Below are positions 14,888 to 29,622 of a DNA stretch of 64,000 nucleotides, piece by piece. Where the stretch lies: the NCBI RefSeq assembly GCF_009914755.1, contig NC_060934.1; one strand, 5' to 3'. This DNA is from the human T2T-CHM13v2.0 reference genome, Homo sapiens. The notes under the pieces were generated by a model. The model had not been told where the DNA came from. It saw only the letters and a program-made list of their open reading frames with translations, and did not search any database. Both the position numbers and the translations under genes were made by a program. Position 1 is the stretch's first letter; every line of letters starts with the position of its first letter.

Positions 14888-16524
14888 TGAAATACCTATG
14901 AGGATCCAGGAGCACTCTCAGGTTTATGGACTAACTATGAATATGTCAAGTACTCATTAGTGGTATCCTAAAAAGTTTGTAGAGAGGCACTGGGAGGTGA
15001 AGAGGAGAGGGAAGAGACCATAGTATGAGTGTTTTACTTCCTTTATACTTAGTGAAATATACTTCATACAAATCATCCTTTGGAACTCATGGAATACCCT
15101 GAAAATTCTACTATCTGGAAAGACATACATGGTTAATTTTCTTTGCTCTGACAATCAAAACTGTGCCTACCTGAGGTCAACAGTATACTAGGAGTGTGAA
15201 AAGGGAAATTTTGGAATATGGAACAACTTTGGAGAGGGAATTTCTAGATAGGGAGGATATGAAGACAGCAGCGGCTCAAATGGCAGAGAGAAAAGTTACC
15301 AAGGTCAAACACCACTACCCAGACACTTTCTATATAAAAGACCTATGCAGATGCTGTAGCTAAACCATTAGGACTACTGCCCTGCAACTCCACATTGCCA
15401 TACATTTTCAGTTGCTTTCAGGGAAAAAAAAAAAAAAAAAGCCTATTAATTCTAATATTAATATGAATTCCAATAACAGATTAAATGCACCCCCAGAAAA
15501 ATACTCCAGCCAAGATTCTACTTCTAAGAATTTCACTGCAGACATAATTCACACAGGTAAACAAATATATATATGTGCAAAAAAACTGACTAAGCATCAT
15601 TAGACAGGAAAAAAAAGTAATGACCTAAAATGTTCATCAATCAGGCAATGGTTTTAAAAAATAATAATAATGAAAAGTGGCACAGGGAGGAGGATGGGAT
15701 ATAAAATTGGACTCGTTTTTAGGCTATAATCTTTCTACCTTTCTTATTTCACAATGAGTATTTATTCAAGTCTTACGTATATAACTAAGAACAGAAAAAT
15801 CATACATTCTATTAATTTTTTAAAATTCAAATGGCAATCATGGCCCACAGTTCCACTGTAAGTCTCAAAGCCTATTTAATCTATCATTGTACGCCATCCA
15901 TTTATATGAGAATCTGTGTGTCTTTCTCCTCCATTAGACTATAAATTCCTTAAGAACCAAGACAAATAATAAGTCATCTTCCCCCATGCCCAGTACAGAG
16001 ATGCTCATTCAATGTATGCCGAGTGAGTAAATGAAGAGACAAATTCCTATTTGATCTAAGCCTCTGCAGGTAACCACAGTTGGCTACAGTCATGATTACA
16101 AGTGCTCTGAGTTATGTCAGCCTGACCCACAGAAAGGAGAAAGATAGTTCTCAGAAACAGCATAAGTTTCAACATATTCCACAATCCCTGAGAAGGTTCT
16201 AGGCTACCTACATCAAACCTATCCCTTTCCAAGATCACCCACAGATTAAAACCAATGACAGCAGTTGAGATGTCACAGTATTAAAAAGCAACAAGCGCAA
16301 TTCAGCGTTTCATGTCATGACACGAACTGGAAATAATATCATTTATCTGGTGCCTGGGAGGGAAGGTCTGAGCTTGGTGAAACCAATCAAGTATGTCTTC
16401 CTTATATTCTTTAATTATGATAAGGAAACTGAAAACCAACATATTAAGGAAGATATTAAACACAGAATTTATATAAAACTCCCAAAGAAAACCTTCTCAG
16501 ATATCTTCATAGAAAATAAAGCTT

Positions 16525-16854
16525 GTTCATGTCCTTTGTAGGGACATGGATGAAATTGGAAATCATCATTCTCAGTAAACTATCGCAAGAACAAAAAACC
16601 AAACACCGCATATTCTCACTCATAGGTGGGAATTGAACAATGAGATCACATGGACACAGGAAGGGGAATATCACACTCTGGGGACTGTGGTGGGGTGGGG
16701 GGAGGGGGGAGGGATAGCATTGGGAGATATACCTAATGCTAGATGACGAGTTAGTGGGTGCAGCGCACCAGCATGGCACATGTATACACATGTAACTAAC
16801 CTGCACAAAGTGCACATGTACCCTAAAACTTAAAGTATAATAAAAAAAAAAAAA
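16525..16854 (+). mobile_element. Young 5'-truncated L1 (L1PA2-type)
   Basis: Near-consensus L1 ORF2 end and 3'UTR with G-rich tract and polyA; GAG at the Ta-diagnostic site (16748-16750); 17-bp TSD. Confidence 0.93.
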
Positions 16855-17473
16855 AGAAAAGAAAGCTTGTTTCCATGAACGTAACTCTTTTTTATAACAG
16901 GTTCTATGTCTGTAATAGCTACATGCAATTCCTGATCAATACAATGTGATATCTCCACATTTCTGACAAACCCCCATGAACATTAAATTTTGTTTAATGG
17001 GGGGCTCTGTTTTGGCTTCTCAATGAGAAAAGGGCAGACATTCTGCGGGGAGTAAATATAATCATTTCTAGGTAAGGTATTACAGTCCTGTGCTGACACC
17101 TTACAGTACACAAATAACATAAACATACACATCTGCAGAACTTGACAATATTGAGTATTTATGCAGCTATTATTTCACACTTAACCCACACCTTCTAAGG
17201 TAGGTTACACCTCCATTCCATCCTTCCCATCCCAGATTCTATAAGAAGGGGACAGACACAAGTCTAGAACCCGATGTTCCTTCCACTTCGTCACACTCCT
17301 GTCACCTTTTCAAGTAGAGTCAAGGTGAGACCACCAAGAAGACAAGAAAGGTTAAAAAAAAAAAAAGGCATTGCTGCTATTAATACCAAAAGTCTACAGT
17401 TTGCCTATATATACTACTATCTAGTAAATTTCCTATTATACTTAGGACTGATAAGATATAAATAACATATTAA

Positions 17474-17810
<337 letters not shown>

Positions 17811-18391
17811 TAAAATATATTACATTTTACTCCTATTAGTTTTACTAAATGGCAATTACAGGTATCCAAAGAACATTTACTGAGCAACCACCAGGCACTA
17901 TGCTAGAATCAGAGATATCACAGTGTATCTCCTGTCTCTACTCCTGTGGAGTGGGAGAGAGAGCTCTCCACACAGTGGAAAAACAGAAATCCCTATTTCT
18001 GTGAAAACACCAAGTTATTACTGCACTAAACAGCTGCTAAAGGGAAAAAAGAAAGAGCCTTTGTGTAACATGTCTCAGAACTTTTACTCAGAGAATGAGA
18101 AGGCTCAGGACTCAAACTTACAGGTGAAACTGCACCTCTAATGTAGACAGCCCACCACCATTCATCCTCCACCAGGTTTTTTTTTAACTCTAAAATATAT
18201 TAATGAATTTAAACAGAAACAGCTGTTTATCAGTCACCTAAATTAGTAGTTCTCACACTTTTGATCATTCATATGCCAGCCTCACAATTTTTACATTACA
18301 TACAAAACTACTTTTTTACTTAACAATTTTCTTACACAGAGTTATTTTATTTAAATACCTATTTTAGACTCCTTTTAAATACCTACAGTGA

Positions 18392-18696
18392 GGCCAGGTG
18401 CAGTGGCTCACACCAGTAATCTCACCACTTTGGGAGGTCTAGGCCAGCGGATTGCTTGAGCTCAAGAGTTCGAGACCAGCCTGGGCAACATGGTGAAACC
18501 CTGTCTCTGATAAAAATACAAAAAATTAGCCAGGCGTCATGGTGCACGCCTGTAGTCCCAGCTACTTGTGAGGCTGAGGAGGGAGAATCACTTGAGCCCA
18601 GGAGGTGGGACTGAACCACTGCAGTGAGCCGAGATTGCACCACTGCACTCCAGCCTGGGTGACAGAGAGAGACTCCATCAAAAAGAAAAAGAAAAA
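18392..18696 (+). mobile_element. Alu (J/S)
   Basis: Dimeric Alu. Confidence 0.93.
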
Positions 18697-18791
18697 GATG
18701 AGGGGAGGGGGAGGGGAGAGAAGAGAAGGATGCAGGGAGGCAGGAGATGAGTTAGTTATGTTTTCTAATATGCATGAAAATAAAAGCATAT

Positions 18792-19098
18792 GGGCAGGTG
18801 CAGTGGCTCATGCCTGGAATCCCAGTACTTTGGGAGGCTGAGGTGGGAGAATCGCTTGAGCCCAGGAGTTCTAGGCCAGAGCGTGGGCAACATGACAAAA
18901 TCCCATCTCTACAAAAAAATACAAAAAATTAGCCAGGCACGGTGGTGTGCCCCTGTAATGCCAACTGCTCAGGAGGCTGAGGTGGGAGGATCACCTGAGT
19001 CCAGGAAGTCAAGGCTGCAGTGAGCCATGATTGTGCCACTGCACTCCAGCCTGGGTGACAGAGCAAGAGTCTGTCACTCTGTCCCCCATAACAAGAAA
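18792..19098 (+). mobile_element. AluJ
   Basis: Diverged dimer, TSD aaaagcata. Confidence 0.92.
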
Positions 19099-19558
19099 AG
19101 CATAGTGCTTAAAACAAAAACTCTTCATTAGAATACTTCAGAAATAACCCTGCATGTCCATACTTAGGAAACATTGATATTTAACAAAACAAACAAAAAC
19201 ACAGAAAACACTATATTAGCAGCTATTTATAAATACTGTTACAATAATTTTATGGCATTATCATCATCGACATATTTGAGTCCATCCCTCTTTCTACTTG
19301 TTAATTAATACATGCTTAATTATCTAAAAAGTATTCAATCATTTCCAGTGGCAATTCATCCATTCCAGTCTCCCTGGCTCTCTATAAATGATCTATGTAT
19401 TATATTATGTATTAGTCTATATGTATGCATTAGTTAATGATCTGAAGCAGTTATACAAAGCTTCCTTATACCTACAGACTATAAATGGTTCTTTCCTTCA
19501 ATCACTTGTCAAGATAAAGAAATCTAAAACATATGAAAATACCAGAGACTATATTTAA

Positions 19559-19889
<331 letters not shown>

Positions 19890-20858
19890 TTTTTTTTAAA
19901 TAGCATGTTTCTTCTGGCACAATTTAAAGTGAAAGTGAAAAGGCTCTGTTTTCTACATGATGCATTTCAACTCAGTGTGAGTTGATTTATTTTATGCCCA
20001 ATTGATGTTAGAGAAAGAATTCAAATGGTTTTTCCAAGTATGTAAGGTGCCTACAAAATTACACTATAAAATTTATTCTTTAATAGCCTAGTTCTTTACC
20101 AAAGCAATTAGTTTTCATAAGTCACTCCAGCAAATCACAAAGCCAGATGGGTCCCCAATTCAATCAATTATCTTTAATCTTTCAACTAAGAAAAATTGCT
20201 CTTTATATACTTTGTCTCTGTAGTTCTCTTTCCAGAATTAACCATTTTGGCAGTGATGTATGCTTGTTAGCAAAAGTAGATCCTACACACAGGTGAGAAA
20301 ACACAGAATTAACTGTGAACACTTTCCTTCCTAGCAAGGTGAGCAGAACACTGAACCATGACTTAACGAAAGACTGCCCAAGTCATTCACTGGGGTGGAA
20401 CCCTATGGTGTTTATCACAAACATACTTCCCACCAACACGGTGGCTTTGCGCTCCACTGGCCAGTGCTTTTTATATTGAAATGAGTCAAAGACCAGATCC
20501 AGCGCAGTCACCATAGTTCCACTAAGATTTAAGCGAGGCAAACCATTGTCCCTGCCATTCTATCCTAAATGTGGTCATAAGTGGGACAGCAGAGAAAGCC
20601 ACAGTACTTATCCAAGGTTGCAACACCTCCACTCTTCTGCTGACCTCCAAATACATACCTAGGCAGCACAGCCTTCTCCATCAGGTGACCCCAGAGTACA
20701 CAGAGTGTGGATATCAGACACACCCCAATGACAATGACGTAGAACACCCTCCAATGTAGTACAAGAAACTGATCATACAATATACTCACAAATACATTTC
20801 TCTATCCTGAGAGAGAGACCGGTTTATCTCACTTTCTATCTCTCCATTTATAATTTTT

Positions 20859-21280
<422 letters not shown>

Positions 21281-21367
<87 letters not shown>
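21281..21367. repeat. Interrupted (TA)n microsatellite
   Basis: ~86 bp of TA with periodic CA/TG interruptions. Confidence 0.95.
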
Positions 21368-21368
<1 letters not shown>

Positions 21369-21485
21369 TTTTTTTTTTTTCTTCACCATGTTGGCCAGGA
21401 TGGTCTCGCTCTCCTGACCTTGTGATCCACCGGCCTCGGCCTCCCAAAGTGCTGGGATTACAGGTGTGAGCCACCATGCCCAGCC
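21367..21485 (-). mobile_element. Alu left-arm fragment (AluSc-like) with polyA
   Basis: T run then cttcaccatgttggccaggatggtctc...cccagcc. Confidence 0.9.
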
Positions 21486-21863
21486 AATAATATAATTTTT
21501 GACTGAACTAGTAATTTATAATGAAACTAACAGTATATCCCAAAGAGGCACAATGCATTAAGCCAGTAACTGCAAGTCCTTTTAAAAAGTTGTCACAAAT
21601 ATTTTAGGTTACTACACAGGTGTCATAAATAATACTCTAGTATAAATGGCCTTTGGCCCTTTGGAAGCCACAGACATTTTTTAATCTGATGAAAACTATG
21701 GATCCTTTCTTTCCTAAGAAACATTCGCTAGTTACACAAAAAGCTGCACCTATTCTAAACAGGTTGTACATTCATTAGACTCTAAAGTCCAATCATGTAC
21801 ACAGCTCAGGAACTCTTACTTGAGTGGCTTGAGGAGACTAATACAATGCTAAATCTCACATTT

Positions 21864-22211
<348 letters not shown>

Positions 22212-23104
22212 TCAGGTGTCTAAGTACCTGACCACATATAAATCAGAGGCAATAATAAAATATTTTAAAGAAAACCCAAATTTCTCTGGTGGTAGTGTAT
22301 TCAAATTGCTTTCATCTAAATACGCTGAGTGAAAGGGCCACTACCATCTGGTAGCAGCCAATCTTGAATTTAAGAAATGAGGAATGTGACCTGATGGGCC
22401 TGGGGAGGGTAAAGTCACAAGGTTTGAAGCTGTGTTTGCATAGTTCTGCAAATAAATATTCAGAACACGGAAACTGTTCATGTCAAATAAAGGAGGTGGG
22501 GTATTACAGAAGGGATAAAGCCCCAAAAGTGTCCCCCGACCTTGATCCACCACTGCCAGTTGGCTCTTAAAAGTTCTACAGAGCTACATTTTTCCCGTCA
22601 ATGTAGATTGTGATGAAAAATTAAATTGGCTCATGAGCCATATACAGAAGACTTCTAAAATCAACACTGAAGTGTTTCCCTTTCTCAGGATTTGGCTGTG
22701 AAGCGTGACCAACCAAGCCAGGAGGAAGGGGAGGGATCTTGGAGCTGGCCCACGATCTGCAAAGAGGAAAGGATGGCAGGGGAGGGGCAGAGAGGAGCGG
22801 CATATCTCAGCTCAGAAGCAGACGGAGGAGCTGCAGCTGAAGGCGCCAGGTGAAACATCCGACACATGTGGGAACCTTAGTGGTGATGCAGGCAACAGCA
22901 GGTACCAGAATTTCCAAGACACAGGAATAGTATCCAAATCTCACAGATGGAAGATAGCAATGGGAAGTCTGGCAGCTTGGGAGTCAGGTAGGGAAAGCGT
23001 TCTAGCTCCATACCCAATTCCAGAGGCAGAGCTTCAATCCCCAGAAAAAAGAAAGTTTGAGAGATAGGCACAGTTTCAGGAACCAAATAAAAAGCCCCAT
23101 TCTA

Positions 23105-23380
23105 GGCCAGGTACAGTGGCTCATGCCTGCAATCCCAGCACTTTGGGAGGCCGAGGCAGGATGAACGCTTGAGGCCAAGAGTTGGAGACCAGCCTGGACA
23201 ACATAGGGAGACCCTGTCTCTACAAAAAAATTTTGAAAATTAACCAGGCAGGATGGCACTCACCTGCAGTCCCAGCTACTTGGGAGGCTGAGGTGGGAGG
23301 ATGGCAGGAGTTCAAGGTTACAGTGAGCTACGATTGCACCACTGCACTACAGACTGGGTGACATAGTAAGACCCTGTCTC
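23105..23380 (+). mobile_element. AluJ
   Basis: Diverged dimer ending in a T run rather than an A tail. Confidence 0.92.
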
Positions 23381-24366
23381 TTTTTTTTAAGTCTCATTTT
23401 AGCTAAAAATTGGGGCAAAGAGCAGCAACAGGGACAAAGAGGAGCATCAGAGCCAGGAATGACTGGCAAAAAAATAAGGAAAAATGCAAGAAATCTAGTG
23501 CCCAGCCCTGAGACCACAGATCCTCAGGATGGGGCGCTGGTGGACCAGAAACCCCACCACGTGAGAAGGCTGCACTTTAAATTAGACCGTCCTGGTGTCT
23601 GCCTTGGTCACAAAATTAGAGTGGAGATAAGCAACACAGACACCAGCCCTGGCCTCAGGGAGCTTTTTTTTTTTTTTTAAATAAAATATAATCTCAAACG
23701 ATCAAAGAAAAAGACAGAAAGTCTGACTGAAGAGCCCAAGCATTAATTTCCACCATCTCTCAACAGCTTGAGCAAACATATGGAAGTGGGAAGCACAGAG
23801 CATGTGAAGGAAACTGTTTATTACAGTTGGGATAAAATAAAAGGTAAGTGTTGGAATGAAAGAATGATTTCCAATGCTGGCCTAAGGATTTTATGGTGGC
23901 GGTGGGTAAAAAGGACATGTTCAGAATGGTGTCTTGGAAGATTAATTCACCAGTACCATCTTAGAAGCCAAGGAAGAGAGACTTTCAGGAAGAAGGCACA
24001 GTCCTCATCTCCAAATGCTGTTGATATTGAGAAATATAAAAATACTAATTAGAAGGCATCCTCTCTACCAGTTTCATTAGTGGAGATTATAGGGTAGACA
24101 GACAGGACAAGGGCAGAATCAATTCAAGAGATAGAACAGTACTCAGGATGCACCTCCCATTGAGGAAGTTATGTATAAAAAGAGACAAGAGATAGGTCCC
24201 TGAGTTCCCATCAGAGGTATTGCTTTTACTGTTGTTGCTGCTGATATTTTTAAAAACAGGTAGACCTGAGTCAACAGGTTAAAGATGCAAAAACGAGAAG
24301 GGGTAATTGATAAAGAATGTTTAAAAGAACAGAATTATGAGCTCAGCTCATATCAAAATGCATTTA

Positions 24367-24668
24367 CGCTGGGCATGGTGACTCAAGCTTGTAATCCCAA
24401 CACTTTGGGAGGCCAAGGCGGGGGGACTGCTTGAGCTCAGGAGTTCGAGACCAGCCTGGGGAACTTGGCGAAACCCCATCTCCACAAAAAATGCAAAACT
24501 TAGCCAGGCATGGTGGTACATACCTGTAGTCCCAGCTGCTTGGGAGGCTGAGGTGGGAGGATTGCTTGAGTCCAGGGGGTCAAGAATGCAGTGAGCCAAG
24601 ATCATGCCACTGCACTCCAGCTTGGGCAACAGCATAAGATCCTGTCTCCCCACCCCACCCCCAAAAAA
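24367..24668 (+). mobile_element. AluJ
   Basis: TSD aaaatgc(a/c)tttac. Confidence 0.92.
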
Positions 24669-25056
24669 TGCCTTTACATCTTAAAAAAATTCCACTTTGA
24701 AACTCTTTTTCCAACAAATGGTTTCTCAGTGTAAAATGTCTATAAATTATTCAGTGTTGATAATGTGTCTGTTCCATTGTTCAATAACCAAGAAATACAT
24801 ATCATAGCTTTTTTAACTTTATCGAGTTAATAAATGTTGGCACAAACTGTGCTTTCTTTTAATGAAATCCAATAAGCAGAGTAAGTGCAGAGGAAAGGGA
24901 AAGAATGGGTTTTAGGATTATCCAGACCTGGGTTTAAATTATATTTTTAAGAGCAAAAAAACTACATTATTGCTTGAATACTTAGGTAAGCATAAGTACT
25001 TACATGCTAAGGGATTTACAAGACTCTCTCATCTGACCTTCACAAGGGCCTTCTGT

Positions 25057-25349
25057 TCTGTTTTGTTTTGTTTTGGAGACAGGGTCTCACTCTGTCACCC
25101 AGGCTGGAGTACTCAGGAGGCTCACTGCAACCTCCGCCTCCCGAGTTCAAGCGATTCTCCTGCCTCAGCCTCCCTAGTAGCTGGGATTACAGGCGCCCAC
25201 CACCGTGCCCAGCTAATTTTTGTATTTTTAGTAGAGACGGGTTTTCACCATGTTGGTCAGGCTGGTCTCGAACTCCTGACCTCAAGTGATCCACCCTCCT
25301 CAGCCTCCCAAAGTGGTGGAATTACAAACTTGAGCTACTGTGCCCAGCC
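25057..25349 (-). mobile_element. AluS
   Basis: TSD cacaagggcctt. Confidence 0.95.
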
Positions 25350-25554
25350 CACAAGGGCCTTTTCAGTTTAGAGGTTCAACAATTTACCCAAGTCAATAAA
25401 GAAGTAGAGCAGGGATCTGAACTTGAGCCTGATTCTAAAGAGAAATGCTTTCACGGTCCTCAAATTGTAACATCAAGCTCTGCCACCTCCCACAACTTCT
25501 GCGCTTCAGGTCCTCATAACATATAGTTTTGCCATGAAGAATTAGAAAAAGTTA

Positions 25555-25737
<183 letters not shown>

Positions 25738-26147
25738 TTATCTCCTTCCTGTTTCATTTTTGTAATCACTTTCTTAAAACCTTGCTCTTTCTAAGCTATG
25801 GTGCTGTCTCTTCTATGTCCCTCTGACACCATATGTGTACCCCAATCAGCATTGTCCCCATGTTATAATTGTTAGCTTGTCTGTTTCTCAATAGTCAGTA
25901 AACTCTTCAAGAACCACAGCCTTTGAGCATCATTAACTTTATGTCTCTAGTTTCCAGTGCATCTGGCATGCAGTAAGTGCTCAATAAGTGTTTCTTGTTC
26001 CAACTAATTCTGGTTAATATTTAATCCAAGTGTGCTATCTGCTTAGGTTGCCTCTAAAACCTTAGTCACTAGGCCCATCAACATTGTCACAGATGTCAAA
26101 GAGCTAAGGTATGCCGTGTGCCATCTGTTCTGCCATATGCGTTAGTT

Positions 26148-26360
26148 CGGGGGCCTAAAAACTACAGCAAGTTGGCCCACCATCTGTTCCTATAAATAAA
26201 GTTTTATTGAAACACAGCCAAGTTCATTCACTTATATATTGTCTACGGCTGCTTTTATGTTACAATGGCAAAGTGGAATATTTGAAGCAGAGACCACTGG
26301 ACCTGCAAAGCTTAGTACATTGCATCTGGCCTTTACAAAAAAAATATTTGCTAACCTCTG
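26148..26360. mobile_element. MER58A-like hAT element
   Basis: ataaataaagttttattgaaacacagcca...ttgtctacggctgctttt...tttgctaacctctg. Confidence 0.8.
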
Positions 26361-26557
26361 CATTAGTTGGATCCATTCAGTAAGTTAACAAATATTAGAA
26401 TATTTACTATGAGGCAATTGCTGCCTTTAGATGCTGGGTATAGTGTGGTGAACAAAACAGGCACATCCCTGACCTTCACAGAGCTTATAATCTAGCAAGC
26501 AAAAAAGACAACACACTCAGGTAGTCAAATAAATAAACAAAGAAGCAATAAATACCA

Positions 26558-26784
26558 CAGGTTGAGCATCTCTAATACAAAAATCTGAAATCCAAAATGC
26601 TCCAGAATCCAAAATTATCAACATGATGCTCAAAGGAAATGGTCACTAGAGCATTACAGATTTTGGATTTTCAGATTAGGGATGCTTGAGCAACTGGTAT
26701 AATGCAAATATTCCAAAAGAAAAATAAAATAAAATCCAGAACACTTCTGGTCCCAAGCATGTCAGATAAGGGATACCCAACCTG
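26558..26784. mobile_element. Tigger4a (MER46A/Zombi)-like element
   Basis: TIRs caggttgagcatc ... gatacccaacctg followed by TA. Confidence 0.85.
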
Positions 26785-26842
26785 TATAAAATGTGATCAA
26801 CATGGTAAAAGAAAAGTAGATAATACTATTTGAAAGAATAAC

Positions 26843-27187
26843 GAGCCAGGCACGATGGCTCACACCTGTAATTCCAGCACTTTGGGAGGCTGTGGCAGGT
26901 AGATCACTTGAGGTCAGCAGTTTGAGACCAGCCTGGGCAACACGGTGAAACTCCAACTCTACCAAAAACACAAAAATTAGCCGGGCGTGCTGGTGCATGC
27001 CTGTAATCCCAGCTATTCGGGAGGCTAAGGTGGGAGGATAGCTGGGACGTGGGAAGTCGAGGCTGCAGTGAGCAGTGAAGTACCACTGTACTCCACCCAG
27101 GCTGGTGAAGTACACCCACCCTGCCTCAAAAAACAAAAACAAACAAACAAACAAACAAAAATTACATTAAAATAAAATTAAATAAAT
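26843..27187 (+). mobile_element. Alu (J/S) with rearranged right arm
   Basis: Dimeric Alu with (AAAC)n tail. Confidence 0.92.
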
Positions 27188-27481
27188 GAAGAATAACAAA
27201 TGTGAGTAGAGAGGAGGCATACTCTATATTGGGTAGAAGGTGAAGTTTCTCTAAGCAGGTGCAATTAAGCTCAGCCCTGAATCACTGTGGGGCAGGGAAC
27301 CGCCATGTGAGAGACAAGGGCATCCGGCAGAAGGTACAAGAAGAATTCAGGCTGGGAAGAAGGAAAGAGCCCAATATGTTCTAAAGAAGATGTGGCTGGA
27401 ACAAAATGAGCCAGAGAAATTTTGATAAAGAAGGAACTGTAGGCAAAGGTTACATCATAGAGTACGTTGTAAGCCACTTTA

Positions 27482-27839
<358 letters not shown>

Positions 27840-27864
27840 GGCAATTGTAGAAAATGGGGCTAAT

Positions 27865-28037
<173 letters not shown>

Positions 28038-28615
28038 CTAATATTATAGACTCATGAAACTACTCTTCCTTCAGGAATATTCATGAATATATACAGCAAA
28101 TCCACCTGTAATTACATACACCTTTTACTCAAAAGTAAGGACTTTCTTTCCCATAACTATTTCTACTTCCTTAAACATTTTGATTACTTATGACTGAAGC
28201 CATGGATTCAGTGTGATATAAATACTTTACGTCTCTAAAACCCTGCTCATCTGATTGATGCAGGACCTTTGGGAGAGGCAGGTGAGGAACATGCCCTGCT
28301 ATCCTAACCCCATTGCTCCAGCAAAGAATAGAAAAGGAGAACAAATTAGCTCATTCAATGCCATAGCCTCAATGCCCAGATAGTGATGACAACAGTGAAT
28401 GCTCAACAAACTGAGGTCGATTTTAACTCAATTCTCTTCTAATCTAGTCCAACCTTGCATAAGCATAAATTGGGTAGTGATTATGCCCCCAAACTCTTCA
28501 GCTATTACCACAAAAGAAGCCAATCCATCATCATTCTAAAGTAAATCTCCACCAACATTAAATCTTCAATTGGCTGGAGAACTTCACCTTCACAGTTTGA
28601 ATATTTGTTTTTATC

Positions 28616-28881
28616 TTTTTTTTTTTTTTTTTAAGAGATGAGATCTTGCTCTGTCACCCAGGCTGGAGTGCAGTGGCATGATCAAAGCTCACTGCAGCCT
28701 CCAACTCCTGGCCTCAAGTGATCCTCCCAGCTCAGTCTCCCAAGTAGCTGGGACTAGAGGCACGCACCACCACACCCAGCTAATTTTTTTAAATTTTTTT
28801 AGAGATGGGGTTTCACAATGTTGTCTAGGCTGGTCTCTAATTCCTGGCCTCAAGCGATCCTCTTGCCTCAGCCTCCCAAGT
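28616..28881 (-). mobile_element. AluJ
   Basis: TSD gtttgaatattt. Confidence 0.92.
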
Positions 28882-29495
28882 ACAATGTTTGAATATTTTA
28901 AACATAAAATTAATAAGTAGTACTTCAAAGTACATAAGATTAGATCATTTTCCTTCAAACTTTGATGAACAGACAGTGCTTAAGATCGGGGTATTCTGCA
29001 AAGACAGGATATCAGGACAGAAAGAGACCTGAGTTGGAGTTAGGGAATGTGGAGTCTAGACCTGGTTTTACTGGTTCTCTTAAAAACAGCAACATGGCCG
29101 CAGCCAGTCCCAGAATCCCCTAGGCCTCTGGGTATCCCCAAACCACAGGATTCCCAAGACCGCATTACGGCTTCACATGCAATGACTTGTAGGCTGGTAA
29201 ATGCCACGAGACTAAGATGGCGCGTTAAAAGAGTGACAAGCTTGAAGGATGATGAGGTGTTTGACACAGTCCTTACGGAACGGGAAGATTTTCACAGGCA
29301 TAAAGCTAAGGTCAAGGCAAATCTCAGCAGAGAGAATTGCTGACTATGCTTTCATTCAGCAAAACATCACAGTGGTTCTCCTCTAATGCCTAATACATTG
29401 ACATGGTTATAATCACAATACACAGCAGCCCAGCAGTTCAGAAGCTTTAAATCATGTTTAAAACTATTGTTTTAATTGAAGGGGAGTAGGAGGAA

Positions 29496-29622
29496 GCCAG
29501 GGCAGTGGCACCCACCTGTAGTCCCAGTTTCTTGGCAGACAGAGGCAGGAGGATCACTTGAGCGCAGGAATTCCAGACCAGCCTGGGCAACATAACAAGA
29601 CTATCTCTTTAAAAAAAAAAAA
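29496..29622 (+). mobile_element. FLAM monomer
   Basis: Single monomer plus A12. Confidence 0.8.

Noticed and set aside
16507-16815. 102-aa minus-strand ORF
   Set aside because: Antisense translation of the L1 3' end.
18606-18623. Possible templated patch in an Alu (tgggact / accactgca)
   Set aside because: Matches of 7-9 bp are too short to separate from chance.
22705-23067. 120-aa purine-rich ORF on +
   Set aside because: GTG start, no recognisable domain or exon structure, antisense to the host gene.
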